A stretch of DNA of 64,000 nucleotides from Lingula anatina. Lineage: Eukaryota > Animalia > Brachiopoda. Shown here piece after piece: positions 38,301-50,100 of this stretch. How positions within the stretch are numbered: the first letter of the stretch is position 1; each line of letters starts with the position of its first letter. The stretch spans positions 12,546,567-12,610,566 of the forward strand of contig CM120644.1 of NCBI GenBank assembly GCA_051362555.1. The letters run 5' to 3'. The translations under genes were made by a program, and so were the position numbers. The notes beneath the pieces are model-generated. The model did not search any database. It had not been told where the DNA came from and saw only the letters and a program-made list of their open reading frames with translations.

Positions 38301-40136
38301 TGAGTGTTCAAACGGGTACCTGAAGGTTTACTGTCCTAACGTTGGGGGGCAAGGTTTCCTGACCTTATGGTCATTTTGGCTAAACATTCTTGGTAATGGA
38401 TACTTGATCTTGCTGTTAAAGTTTGTGATAGGGAATTACGTGACATTAAAAATACTCTTCACGCCTTTGAACCACCCCCAGTCATTTCTTGTCATGAAAA
38501 GATGCTTATATTTCGTGATCATACATTAAAGACGCCTAAAATGTTGTTTATGCCCCGTAGATGTTACCTGAAGATCATGTTTTTAAGTCCTTATTATCTT
38601 TTTTAGTCTTGTCAGGTAGTCATGGCAACATGCGATAGGTGTATTTTACACGACTCGGGGCGGTCAGACAAAACTCCGCACAATTTTCTTCTGCTGTGAA
38701 ATTAAACCCAGACTGTTCCTGGTGAAGGTCCGGGAAGGCAGATCCACATTTAGCAGCACTATCAATATTTTTACAATTTGACATTTTGTCATTTCATTTT
38801 ATTCAATCTATTCAGCTATTCTCACATCCAAAGGAACGATCAAAATTTGAGAGGGCATGTGCCACCCCATTCTAAACCTTACAGAGACAAGTATTTAAAT
38901 TATACATATATTTGCCTTAACGCGCTGCCAATGACTAGTAGACTATAGTAGGATTGCGTATAATGTATGTGGCACCCCTCGTCTTCTTACGGTTAATAAG
39001 GACATTTTAAATTTATAAGCTTGTTGTTTAAAGTTTTTGTTTGTTTGTTTGCTTGTTTTTTATTTTTATTTTTTTATTTATTTATTTTTTTTTTGGGGGG
39101 GGAAGGGGGGGTCTTTCAATCTACAGTCAGCTTTGGCCTGTCTTATTTTAATTATCATCATTTTAGGAGACCGTACCAGAACGATAAGGTCACCATATCA
39201 TGTCAGTCTTACGGTATGCAACCCTCTTCAATTACAACGACCATGGGTGGGACAACAGAGGGATTAGATTGACTCCGCGTAATCTTAATCAAGCAGCTGA
39301 CAAAGACAAGTGGAACTTATTAAGCTACTGCGATCAATTTCAGCAGTAAACGAGCTTGATATAAGGGCGTTCTTTTAAAACTGCAGGGCATACATGACTG
39401 AACTATTTACATTGCTAATAGGGGAAAGGTGAACTGTGCATACCCCATAAAGAACAAATGGAAATGTTTAAAAGATGGCGTCGAGACCGAGAACCCGTTG
39501 TTCAAGAAATATTGTTGGGACGGCTCACTGTGAGATATATACATCGTTGAAGTTGCAATTATTGGAATATTCTGACCATTACGTGAGAAATTCATCTCAA
39601 CGGAGCCCCCACGCTCGACATCCCCATTCAATTAACTGCAGAACGAAAAATTGTGAAAAGGGAAAAAATCCGGAAGCGTAATGATAATAGGTGCGACACA
39701 AATTAAACCCGCGGTCCACTTATTTTAAGTTGACATAGTATTTGCTAACATCTAATATCGAATGAATGTTTTATCAGTTTTTCAAAATTTGCAAATTTTT
39801 CTGACGAGTATTCTTTTTTTTGTTGTCTTTATATTGAAAATAACATTAAAAATACTTCAGACAGACTAGACTGATATTTATCCTTGATTCATATACAGAA
39901 ATAATGAATTATGGGTTAACTCCACTCACCGAAGTGTTTTTGATGACAAGACGCAGCGTGTGCCCTGACAGCACTTCGGGATGGTTGTTGATGTCGTTGA
40001 GGGCCAGCTGCACAGGGCCGTACATTTGCTCGTCGGGCGTGCCAATCGGAGTGAGCATACCGAAGTAAATACCAGCACCAGCAGTAACACGGAGATACAG
40101 GCCCAATAACAGCGCAATCCTGCAAAACACCTCCAT
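28240..40136 (-). CDS. GABA-B-receptor-like class C GPCR, copy 2 (16 exons, 782 aa; chimeric)
   Basis: Exons: 40136-39930, 37922-37758, 35510-35340, 34908-34804, 34582-34511, 33737-33513, 33340-33107, 33006-32943, 32775-32686, 32158-32008, 31622-31540, 31054-30909, 30396-30271, 30024-29885, 28903-28708, 28413-28240. Exon lengths are identical to copy 1; no stops seen. Confidence 0.92.
32287..32348. repeat. (AT)n microsatellite
   Basis: Direct reading; much shorter at the paralogous site ~50846. Confidence 0.9.
35195..35331. mobile_element. 137-bp MITE with ~9-bp TSD next to the GPCR exon-3 donor (orthologous copy 53708-53844)
   Basis: TACCCTCTACCAG..GGCAGAT / ATCTGCC..TGGTAGAGGGT. Flanks CACTTTACC / CACCTTACC. 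Absent in GPCR copy 1. Confidence 0.75.
35935..37595 (+). mobile_element. Decayed Tc1/mariner-family transposon
   Basis: TIRs CAGACTTGACATTTAATATGGAATATTT, TA TSD, absent from copy 3 (~54433). Remnant peptide QLPWSSKSPYLNHIDNMW at 37041-37094 matches the Tc1 WPxxSPDLNPIENxW motif; no intact ORF. Confidence 0.88.
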
Positions 40137-40357
40137 TTTTAAACGCGTAACTTCATTTAACAAGCTCGTCGCTGCACTTTGTCCGTATGACAGTGAATTG
40201 TCCTCGTCCGATTAACTTCGAGAAGGTTCACCTGGCGCAGACGCAGACTTAAAACGACCCAGTTATGAAAGGTGATTTTAGCCTGTTTTAGCAGTTAATG
40301 CCAACTTTTTGCAGTGCAAACCAACGACCTGAAAGATATGATCTAAATGAGGCTGGG

Positions 40358-40391
<34 letters not shown>

Positions 40392-41510
40392 AAATTATTT
40401 TGGGACTTCAGAATGATGACGCGTTGAAGACTTATCAAGACCAGTTCTTGTTTAACTGTGTAACTTTCTAATGCATCTGAGAGGACACGCATACTTTGAA
40501 ATGTGCAAGTCACTCGCGTGTTTAGAGAAAAAAATTCCGCGGGCTAAGGATCCCAGCACACGTTGTTGTGAGTGCCCTAGCGTTTCATAGACACTGAGAA
40601 CATGGAAAGAATTGCAAATGTATAGAAAATGTGTGAAAATAAATTGCTTGGTTATCGTTTGATTAGCTCTTTCTTTCTGTTTACTCAGTATATTTGAAGA
40701 AGGCACACTATCATTATCTGTTGTTGCTATTGATTTTGTAAGAAATCGTACACTACCTTTGATGGGAATGGTAAATATGATGTCAGGTTTTAAGTATGAA
40801 AATTCGTTTTTATAGTGTATTCTTCAGCTTTCCCCCCAACATTTAATGCCAAGGTCAAGCCATTGTAAACACTGCAAACACATACACGTCACGTAAGACA
40901 CGCATTTGCAATCTTTATGCCTCTAGCAACATCATGAATACCATTAGAGACAATGTTTTTTTAATCAGACAAGTTTTGTACATCCAGAATGATGAAAATT
41001 CCGATGTTCTCCGCGCGGCACGGAGAGGGTTGATAAAATACAATCATTGGCTCTGGCGGAGACCAATTTGTTGTATTGTTTATCTTAGAAAGGTATTAAT
41101 GACGGTCCACTGTCTCTATCCACCTCCCAAAATAATTTCAGACCAAATTTCCAAATCTTAGTCTAATCTGATATATATCTGTTTTAATGCAATTACAGGA
41201 AATATTGCACCCGTTTTATAAAAAGAAAAGCGCTGTTAATATTTTTAATCCATTGATGTCACGAAGCAAACCATCCACTGCATGGGCCGATCTTTATTTT
41301 CGATCCGCCTCCGCACTTTTGATCGAGTTTTTTTTTTTTTTTTTTTAATTTTTTTTTTTATTGACATCACAAAACAAAACGTACATTTTCACACTAAACA
41401 CATATTACAACATATATGCAACAGACACAAACTAACATACAGTAGTCTCATTGGACATTAACAGCACAAGGGAGTGACAGAATACGTTGCACAAAGTAAC
41501 AGTACACATA

Positions 41511-42070
41511 ACACAAACTGATTAACATCGTTACATATAAACAAACAAACAAACCAGCTTATTATCATATATGAGTCGCACCGGATTCTACATATTACTA
41601 CGTGCCATTTATACCACAGTCACAATATATGTTATTATGCCGATTTTCATAACAGAAAGCATCACTCACTTACATAATCATACAGAACAAATAAGCGTAC
41701 AATAGTCTCCACTTAGCTGTGAACCCAAGTACACATAACAAGTTGCTACACATGACACGAACTGATTAACATATATCGTAACATATAAACAAACAAACCA
41801 GCTTTTATCATATACAAGTCACACCGGATTCTACATATTACTAACGTAACACAAAACACAAACTGATTAACATCGTTACATATAAACAAACACACCAGCT
41901 TATTATCATATATGAGTCGCACCGGATTCTACATATTACTACGTGCCATTTATACCACAGTCACAATATATGTTATTATGCCGATTGTCGGGAATAACAG
42001 AAAGCATTACTCACTTACATGATCATACAGAACAAATAAGCGTACAGGTACACATAACAAGTTGCTACAC
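41511..42070. repeat. Imperfect internal direct repeats in the LINE 3' UTR
   Basis: The block ACTGATTAACAT..ACATATAAACAAAC..CCAGCTT..CACCGGATTCTACATATTACTA starts at ~41517, ~41761 and ~41862. Confidence 0.8.
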
Positions 42071-42243
42071 ATTACAAACTAACGTATAACAAGTATCCAT
42101 GAACAATCTGGTGCAACACAAAAGACTTACAGTACGGACTATCGAGATGTGAACTTAGGTACGCAAAGATATTAGACATGCACAATTAGCTATGGCTCCA
42201 AACAGTAAGAGGTTGTCATACCCTCGACACGTATTGTATCATT

Positions 42244-44448
42244 CTATGTAAGTCTAAGTATTAAATTGTGCAAGCATACGTACATGGCCTTAAGGTGGCC
42301 CAAATTCTGTACTGAGTCCAGATATTTTTTAGCAAATTCGACGAAAGAAATAAGTAATAATTGTTTGTTTCTGCACCTAAAGCTGTAGATATAGTATTTG
42401 ATTAACATATGTAGGACATTATACGCATCTTTGTTATTTTCTTTTTTGTCAAGAATTCCAAATATAAATGTTGTTTTCTCTAAAGTCATATTCAGCTTGT
42501 CTTTGATTACATTTAAAAAGGTCTCAGTTACAGAACAATCCCATAGTACATGAATAATTGTCTCCGTCTCTTTCTCGCACCTTTTGCAAAGGGGGGTGTT
42601 AACCAAACCAGTTTTTGCAAGATAACTATTTGTCGGTAATATATGTTGATTTATTTTATACTGGAACCATTTAAATTTAGGACTGATAGGAAGGTTGAAA
42701 GGCAGTTTATTTATTAGAGACCACTCTTTGTCATTAATATTAAACAATTTATTCCAATTAATTTTGCCCTTTGAAATAGAAGCATTCATACTAAGTATTT
42801 TATAAAAATCTTGGCAGCCCTTCTTACTTTTAAAGAAGATACTTAAATACTCTGGGAGTTTAGGGAGCATTACTTCAGATTCGTTTATATCATGCAATTT
42901 CAAGTATCGCTTAATAATGCTTACCACCCCTTGATATTCTAGGAAGTTGGTCTGAATACCATATCGCTTATTTATTTCTTCTTGTGAGAAAAAGGTAATT
43001 GTTTTAGTGTCTTTTATAAAGTCCCTTATTGCAGATATACCTTTATTAAACCAGTGCTTATAGTATATTACCTTATTGTCTACTCTTAGGGCTTCATTAT
43101 ACCAGACAGGGGTGTCCAACACGGGCTTGTTTTCCCCCCTTAGCTTGTCTTCCTTAACCCTGAGTTCTTTCCATGCAAGTAACACATCCCCCCAGAACCA
43201 GTTTTGGCAAACTTTTAGACATTTATTCAAATACGCATTACCACCCACTGACAAAAGTTCAAAATTTAGATATTTAGCTACGATAATTTGCCATTTTTTC
43301 CTTTTTGTATAAATACGTCTAATCCATGTTAATTTTAGTGATGATATCAGTGAAGGCAAGTGTATCATTTTGATACCACCTTCATCGTAATTTTTAATAA
43401 TTATATCCCGCTTAACTTTATCGATCTTTGAGTTCCACAAAAAGTGGAAGAGGTCACTCTGAAGGTCATTGATAAACCTTTGACTAGGATTCGGTAAGGA
43501 TATAAACAAATGATTTAATTGGGAAATTATTAAGGATTTTATAATTATACACTTGCCGATGGGGGTGATCATTCTTCTGTTCCATCCATTAAGAATAGAC
43601 TTAATTTTTACTAATTTCTTATCAAAATTAAGTTTGGGGATTTGAAATAGATTAACATGAAATTCAATTCCTAACAGATTAAACTGGTGCTTTCCCCAAT
43701 CAAGATGCATATGAGGCAAAAATTTTAAATTACTGAACTTCATACGTCCTATCCATACTATTTTTGTTTTATCTTTGTTTATTTTCAACCCTGATATTTT
43801 TGAAAATTTATCTAATTCAATCATAAGTTCGGATAAAGACTTTTCTGAGCCATCAAGCATCACAGTCGTATCGTCTGCGTATTGAGTTAATAAAATGGGG
43901 GCGTCATCAATAGTGATACTTTTTATATTATTGTTATTCTTGAGTATTATTGAGAGTATTTCCGCGCATAAAATAAACAAATAGGGGGCTATTGGGTCTC
44001 CCTGCCTGCAGCCTCTTTTAATGTAAAAGGACTCTGAGAGATTGCCTCCTTGATTTATTGCTGATTGTGCACCCTTATTAAAAGTATTTATCCATTTGAT
44101 AATATTTTCACCAAAGTTAAAAAAAACTAGTACCCTGTCAATAAATTTCCACGACACAGCGTCAAAGGCCTTTTCGAAATCTAATAGCACTAACATTCCA
44201 GGAATATCGTTATCTTCTGTGTATTGCATAATATCGTATACAGTACGGATACTTTCCCCGATGTATCTCCCGGATATAAAACCGCATTGATCGTCTGAAA
44301 TAAGTTTGCCCATGTATTTCTTGACTCTGGATGCTATGACTCCGGAGGCTATTTTATAGGTAACGTTTAACAAAGAGATCGGTCTCCAGTTTTTCAAGTA
44401 TTGCTTGGGCTTTTCACCCTTAGGGAGACAAGTAATTATACTAGTGGA
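42244..44448 (-). CDS. LINE ORF2 remnant: reverse transcriptase plus C-terminal zinc-binding domain
   Basis: Stop-free ~735 codons with NWRPISLLN, LDFEKAFD, RQGDPIAPYLF, QYADD and CKRC..ETIIHVLWDC. Starts at the RT N-terminus; no APE domain. Confidence 0.92.
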   Translation of the reverse strand, partial: STSIITCLPKGEKPKQYLKNWRPISLLNVTYKIASGVIASRVKKYMGKLISDDQCGFISGRYIGESIRTVYDIMQYTEDNDIPGMLVLLDFEKAFDAVSWKFIDRVLVFFNFGENIIKWINTFNKGAQSAINQGGNLSESFYIKRGCRQGDPIAPYLFILCAEILSIILKNNNNIKSITIDDAPILLTQYADDTTVMLDGSEKSLSELMIELDKFSKISGLKINKDKTKIVWIGRMKFSNLKFLPHMHLDWGKHQFNLLGIEFHVNLFQIPKLNFDKKLVKIKSILNGWNRRMITPIGKCIIIKSLIISQLNHLFISLPNPSQRFINDLQSDLFHFLWNSKIDKVKRDIIIKNYDEGGIKMIHLPSLISSLKLTWIRRIYTKRKKWQIIVAKYLNFELLSVGGNAYLNKCLKVCQNWFWGDVLLAWKELRVKEDKLRGENKPVLDTPVWYNEALRVDNKVIYYKHWFNKGISAIRDFIKDTKTITFFSQEEINKRYGIQTNFLEYQGVVSIIKRYLKLHDINESEVMLPKLPEYLSIFFKSKKGCQDFYKILSMNASISKGKINWNKLFNINDKEWSLINKLPFNLPISPKFKWFQYKINQHILPTNSYLAKTGLVNTPLCKRCEKETETIIHVLWDCSVTETFLNVIKDKLNMTLEKTTFIFGILDKKENNKDAYNVLHMLIKYYIYSFRCRNKQLLLISFVEFAKKYLDSVQNLGHLKAMYVCLHNLILRLT

Positions 44449-45350
44449 CGAGTATAAGAAAAAAGGTAAAATTAACATAATTTGTCATTGTAGGCTATCT
44501 TATACTGTAGTGCAACAGCTTATCCGAGGTAAGGGCGTACGCCTTGAACCTCTCGCACTTACACTTGCTAGGTATTCCCTTTCACTTACACAGAATAACA
44601 TGAGCTGTAAACTGTCCATTTTGACATACACACTTACACAAACGTTCACACACACACATATCCACAATACACGAGTCATCACTACAAAATGCCTAGGACG
44701 TACTACGAGTCCTAGAAAAGACAAAGCAGCGGTAACACTCACGACGCTTGCATACATCAACTAGCCGTCGGTCACGTGCACAGACACGGTGATTGTATTG
44801 TTGTTACAAACTGTAAAATATCGGTATGTTCTATACTACACATGTCGGCTGGGACACCAAGGGGCCCTTTTTGCGTTTGTGACATGAGCGAATAATAATA
44901 GGAGTTTAGTTCCCCGTCATTGCCTATTAAGCAATATATATATTGAGCAATGTGCACATAATCGTAGCCAAATACTCCCAATAGGTACGATGTCCCCTTC
45001 TATTCGGAGCGTACGTATAGCAACCGACAATGAAAATTGAACATTGTTGAATACATCTTATATTTGCATGTATTGTCAATAGCTTAGCTAGTAGTACCAC
45101 ATGTATAACAGCATACCGTATCTCGAGAAACGAGAGTGTGTGGTCATCCGTTGCCCACATCAGCAAGACGCCTCGTGAATACCTGTATTATAAAAATATA
45201 TGATCAATAACTCAAAACTATATACAATTATTACTATCAAGTACACAACCGAGACACAGATAATCTGTACATATATTTACCATAGAAGCACCTCACCCAC
45301 ACATGCGTTTGACTATATAATCTATGTATATATATCGAGGAGTTTTTATG

Positions 45351-46282
45351 ATGGCAAGCTTTAAATTATTTTACTGCCAAATGTGACAAGATTCAACAAG
45401 CAATTACGACAGAAGTATAACTTTGTTTTTTTTTTAATCGTTCAGCCTATCGAATACCCACAGCTGACTGGCACCGATCATTGGAAGCGCAAGATGCGCA
45501 CGTTATTTAGGGCCTTCGACGTAAACGGCGGTTACTTTACAGAAGAAGACATGGAGATGACCAGCAGACGTACTGCAGAGTATATGAAACTTGATGGTAT
45601 ATGTATTAATTTTTTGTTTAAAAAATGTTGGATTCGAATTTTAATTGTAGGCCTGCTTGGCGATGAAAATAATGTAATTGTTTCTAAAACATTTTATTAT
45701 ATTATTTTTCTAAAACATATCCGAAACCTATTTTTGTACAAAAAATTCACGTTGATGTCATTATCAGCCAAAATCAATTAAAATATCAACCCACTTCGGT
45801 AGTATTTAAGCATTTATTTATATCCACGTACTTTTTTTAAACAAACTGTATATATTTCAGACGAAAACACCAAAATTTTTCTAAACCATCGCCGTACCTA
45901 CATGAGAGATGTGATTTCTAAAGATGCGACAGGAAAAAGTACTAGCCAAGTATCCGAGGATGAGTTTGTGCAGAACCTCCTTGTAAACTTGAATGAAAGC
46001 AAGTTCCGAGAATTTTGGTTTAATATCCTTTCTACAAGGTTTCAAATGATGGATCTTAATGGAGATGGACTTGTGTCTCCAGAAGAGCACGCTGCTCTTT
46101 TCTACGGTTTCAACATCCCTTCTGAGCATTCAGATAAAATATTTGACATCATGGACACTGACAATGACGGCTTCATCTCCAAGGAAGAGTTTGATCACGC
46201 GTACACTGAATTCTGGTTTACCGAAAATCCTGACAATAAATACAATGAATGCTTTGGTCCACTCATTGACATTGAAAATTGA
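45351..46282 (+). CDS. EF-hand SCP/photoprotein-like copy F (open frame, ~191 aa, no leader exon)
   Basis: ATG 45351-45353 followed by a putative GC donor (GCAAGC); exons 45446-45596 and 45861-46282. One-codon deletion in EF1 (DVNG-GYFTEED); EF3 DLNGDGLVSPEE and EF4 DTDNDGFISKEE are canonical. The start exon is inferred and expression is uncertain. Confidence 0.72.
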
Positions 46283-47113
46283 AACGATGTTTTCTATTAC
46301 CGGTTACCAAATACTTCAAATGATTATTCAGTTCACTAAAAACACAATATATACTTACATGTGACATATAGCATATTACATATCAATATTCTAGACGAAC
46401 GTCCTAAATATACTAAATGTGTGCGATTTATGAGAGTAACAGAAACGGTTGGTGCCGAAAGGGATTTAAGCATAAAATGAGCAAAGTCATATTTGGATTT
46501 CAGTATAGAAAGCCAAGTATAGAAATTTGGTAACATACGTACAAAATGACTTTAACGATTGTTGTGGTCGATAGTGAAATTTCTGTTGTGTGACGATAAA
46601 ACATAATGTTGACGCTCGGTCACTCATATAGATTCAAATATATATTCTGTTACAAACCCTGTATTATAGAAATCAAAATCTTTTTCAGGTTGAAACTGCA
46701 CACGTGTTCTCTGACACGAGAAACTGATATGATTTTTTTCTACCGCCAAGCTCTAGCGATGATATTGAGCTTAGCTGGCAACAGCTGTGCATAAAACTGT
46801 ATACCATATCTTTAAAAAAAAGTTTACTGCTTATATATTTCATTATTCACATATGTATTAAAGCATTCTTGATCTAGGTGTTTACATGTAGCATGGATTG
46901 CATGCGACTAATCCAAGTTACCCGTACGATTGCTATTGAATATATACAGTAAGATACAAATGGACAAATTTAACCATTTTTAAATCCTTAACAAATAAAA
47001 TGACCTATCATATAAAACCATCCACGGTGGAATGAGGGTTGAAAACTTGTCCATTCACTGAGTTTACAGTGGCAGTTCTTTGTGCGCAGTCATAAGCCTC
47101 TTCCTTTAAGAAA

Positions 47114-50100
47114 CTAGATTTGAGCTGCACTTCCATCGCCCTGGTTGTTGTCACTTGTGTTAGCGTCTCCGTTCTCTATGGCACGAGAAGGCTTCTTATC
47201 GCCGACGTCATCGAATAACTCCTCGATATAGGGCCGCAATGGCGACCAAAGCGACGGTTCCATCTCCCCCCTCTTGAGTGCGATGAGCTGTAAAAATCAT
47301 AGACATAGTTGGAAAAACAAATCAAATGTAAAAGCATTAAAAAGATATTTGGCGTTTGATTGGTTGAACGTGATTCTTTGGGTCCAGTCTTTGATAAGAC
47401 AAACAGACCTCCAAAAAGCAAGAAATAATTTTCACAAGTATATACGTCAACTAACATGGCATCCATCCTCAACATCTGTCTCTTTTTTTTTCATGGACAA
47501 AAAATAAATATTTCACAGATTTAAAATTTTTCCTTAACCCAAACAGTCAAATTAATATGTCCTTTTAAAATAGTGTCTTACCTTGGGTATCAAAAGCAAC
47601 AAAACCGTAGCTATGATAGCGAAGAGCGTGAAGCCAGCTATGACGCCAAAGTTCACATTGGGCTCTTCTTGTACGAGGACACCTACTGGAACTCCAACAA
47701 CAGTCGCCAAGGCAATGATAACCATAGCCAAACCAACCTGACTGCTGTCTCCAGCATCTCTCTTCATCGACATCACCCTAGAAAACATAAAAAGAAAATT
47801 AATACTAATATCACGTTATTTCAAATAGCAGAATAAATCAATAAAGGTGGAACCAAAAAAAAAAAAAAAAAAAAAAATCCATGACATTGGTAGAAACGTT
47901 TTGTATGTGGGCCCTACACGGGGTACAGTAAAAAGGTTGAAAATCAACTTCAAACAATATGTCAATAATTTGTTTCCATGTTGTGTCTGACGTGATTTGA
48001 AAGTGTTGTGGATGCGACAGATACATGTAGTACCGATGTAACATAAAAATCTGACTCCAAATGTCAAAATTTCATAATGAAATTTTAACTCCCCCTCACA
48101 AAACTTTATTATCAAATCTTATTTTATTTGAGTATATAGCTTTTATCTTGTAGTATGCATAATGGAGGATACATACACATTTTTAATTTTCTTATTTTCT
48201 CATTAAAATTTTCACCTGCAAACTAACAAAATATGCCAATGTATCCTCCATTATGCATACTACAATATAAACGTTAATACTTAAGTAAAATAAGATTTAT
48301 AAAGTTTTTTTTGGGGGGGGGGGGGGAGGGGGTCAAAATTTCATGGGAGCAGTCACATTTTCATTATGAAAATTTGACTAGGGAGTCACATTTTCATAAT
48401 GAAAATCTGACTGAGGAGTCACATTTTTCTGGGAGCCAGATTTTCATGGTACACCTATGTATTGGATGTGACGGTGCAGATACTGGTTTACGTACCAGGT
48501 AGGCCATACCAAGCAAACAGAGACCAGCAACAGCAGACCCTTGTACACGATAAACGCAATGGCCCAGCCCATAGCACTCCCGCTGTGGCATTGGCGATAG
48601 AGAGTCTGGTATCGCACCATCTTCGCGCCATCTCGCTAATTTTGAGAAGGAACGGGAGTCATATTATATATCCAAGACACACTGTGAAATAGCAGCTGAG
48701 CTAATGTATTGGCCGCACATGTGCCACTTTTTGGTACAATATCAAAAATATATTAAAGCAATGTGATTTTGAAAAAAAAGATTAATTACCAACTTGATCA
48801 GTAGTAGAGTCAAAAAGCAATATTTTCTCTTTCACAAAGTGCATATACACTGTGGCGACCACCAGTATGGGCTAACTTACACTTTCGGGTAAAAGCCTAT
48901 CTTTCACCACCAGTGGGTCAGTCAACTGCCAAATTATCAGCATCAGAATATCAATAACCAACAGTACGGCAACTCCAGACAGCATGCGCAGTTCTACTTG
49001 CAGACCCTGGAAAATATATGCTGTATATAAAGAACAACTGCAATCGTAACGTTTTGGTTTGCCACATTAAAGATGAACGACATACATGGGTATATGTGAG
49101 GTATACGTATAGGTATACTAGTATATATGTGTGTGGTAAATGTGTGAAATAGCACAGGATCTGCAGCTGGAATTAAAGCATTTAATGTAGCTCGTTTCGT
49201 TGATAGTGAATGTATCTGCTTGGGCTGATCATTATATTTGCCTGCGATCCTTTGTTTGTGAGTGTTTTGAATTTCACAGATGTGACAGACCGTTGTTCGT
49301 GAGATTGTAGTGGATGCGCAGCTCATATTAGACAGAATTAAGGGTTGACCACTACAAGTCTTAGTCAATTTTTCAGTTAGATAATAGCCATTCATTTTGT
49401 CCCATATGCAGGGTGCAGGACAATGTCATGAATACAACAATTCAAAAGCAGCAGCAGTATGCAAGATGTTAATAAAATGCTGCTGCTTTTTCAAAGCGAG
49501 AAATTACATTAAAAACTCACCCAATCCTGCTGATAACGAAAGAGGCGATACACTCCCCACATCTTCAGCAGCATGGTACCGAAGGACAGTGTAAACCCAG
49601 TCACAAACAGCCAGACAAAGGCATTACATGGTATATGACTAGTCGACGACAGCTGAGTTGCACTGCCTGGAGCAAATAACCTGGGTTTGGAATACAGCAG
49701 TGGCGGATTTTGGGGGTGTCAGGGGTGCCTTGACCTCCACCCCCCTTCGATTTCTGATAAAAAACGCACTAAAAAACGTCTAGCTAAATATAACCCGTGC
49801 CAAATAGTGCCTCGAGCGTGGACTGGACCTGAAGCCAAGGGGGGAGGGTCGGCCTCGCAATCCGAGGCCTGTCAATCCCTATAAAACGGACCCCCTTCAA
49901 AATGTATAGTAATGTATAGTACACATAATAGGCCTACAACTAAAACAAACATGATAATTTCTTTTTTAAAATGTGACACGACAGAAGTCACTAGCACAGA
50001 TATTTTTAAAATGTGCTATTATAATACATGGATCATACGGGAGTTTGTTTCTTCAAAAAAGATACCTTGAAATTGACTTGCGCGACAGCTAGCTCACCTT

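Larger units (their letters stand above)
41328..45333 (-). mobile_element. L1/Tx1-clade non-LTR retrotransposon insertion, lacking ORF1 and the endonuclease
   Basis: Poly(T) on + from 41328 (poly-A tail) with AATAAA nearby. TSD ATCGAG at 41322-41327 and 45334-45339. Empty paralogous site at ~26817. About 0.9-kb 3' UTR with internal duplications. Confidence 0.9.

Noticed and set aside
45351-46282. Calling the EF-hand genes true luminescent photoproteins (aequorin orthologs)
   Set aside because: The His169-equivalent and the C-terminal Pro are absent; similarity supports only the superfamily.
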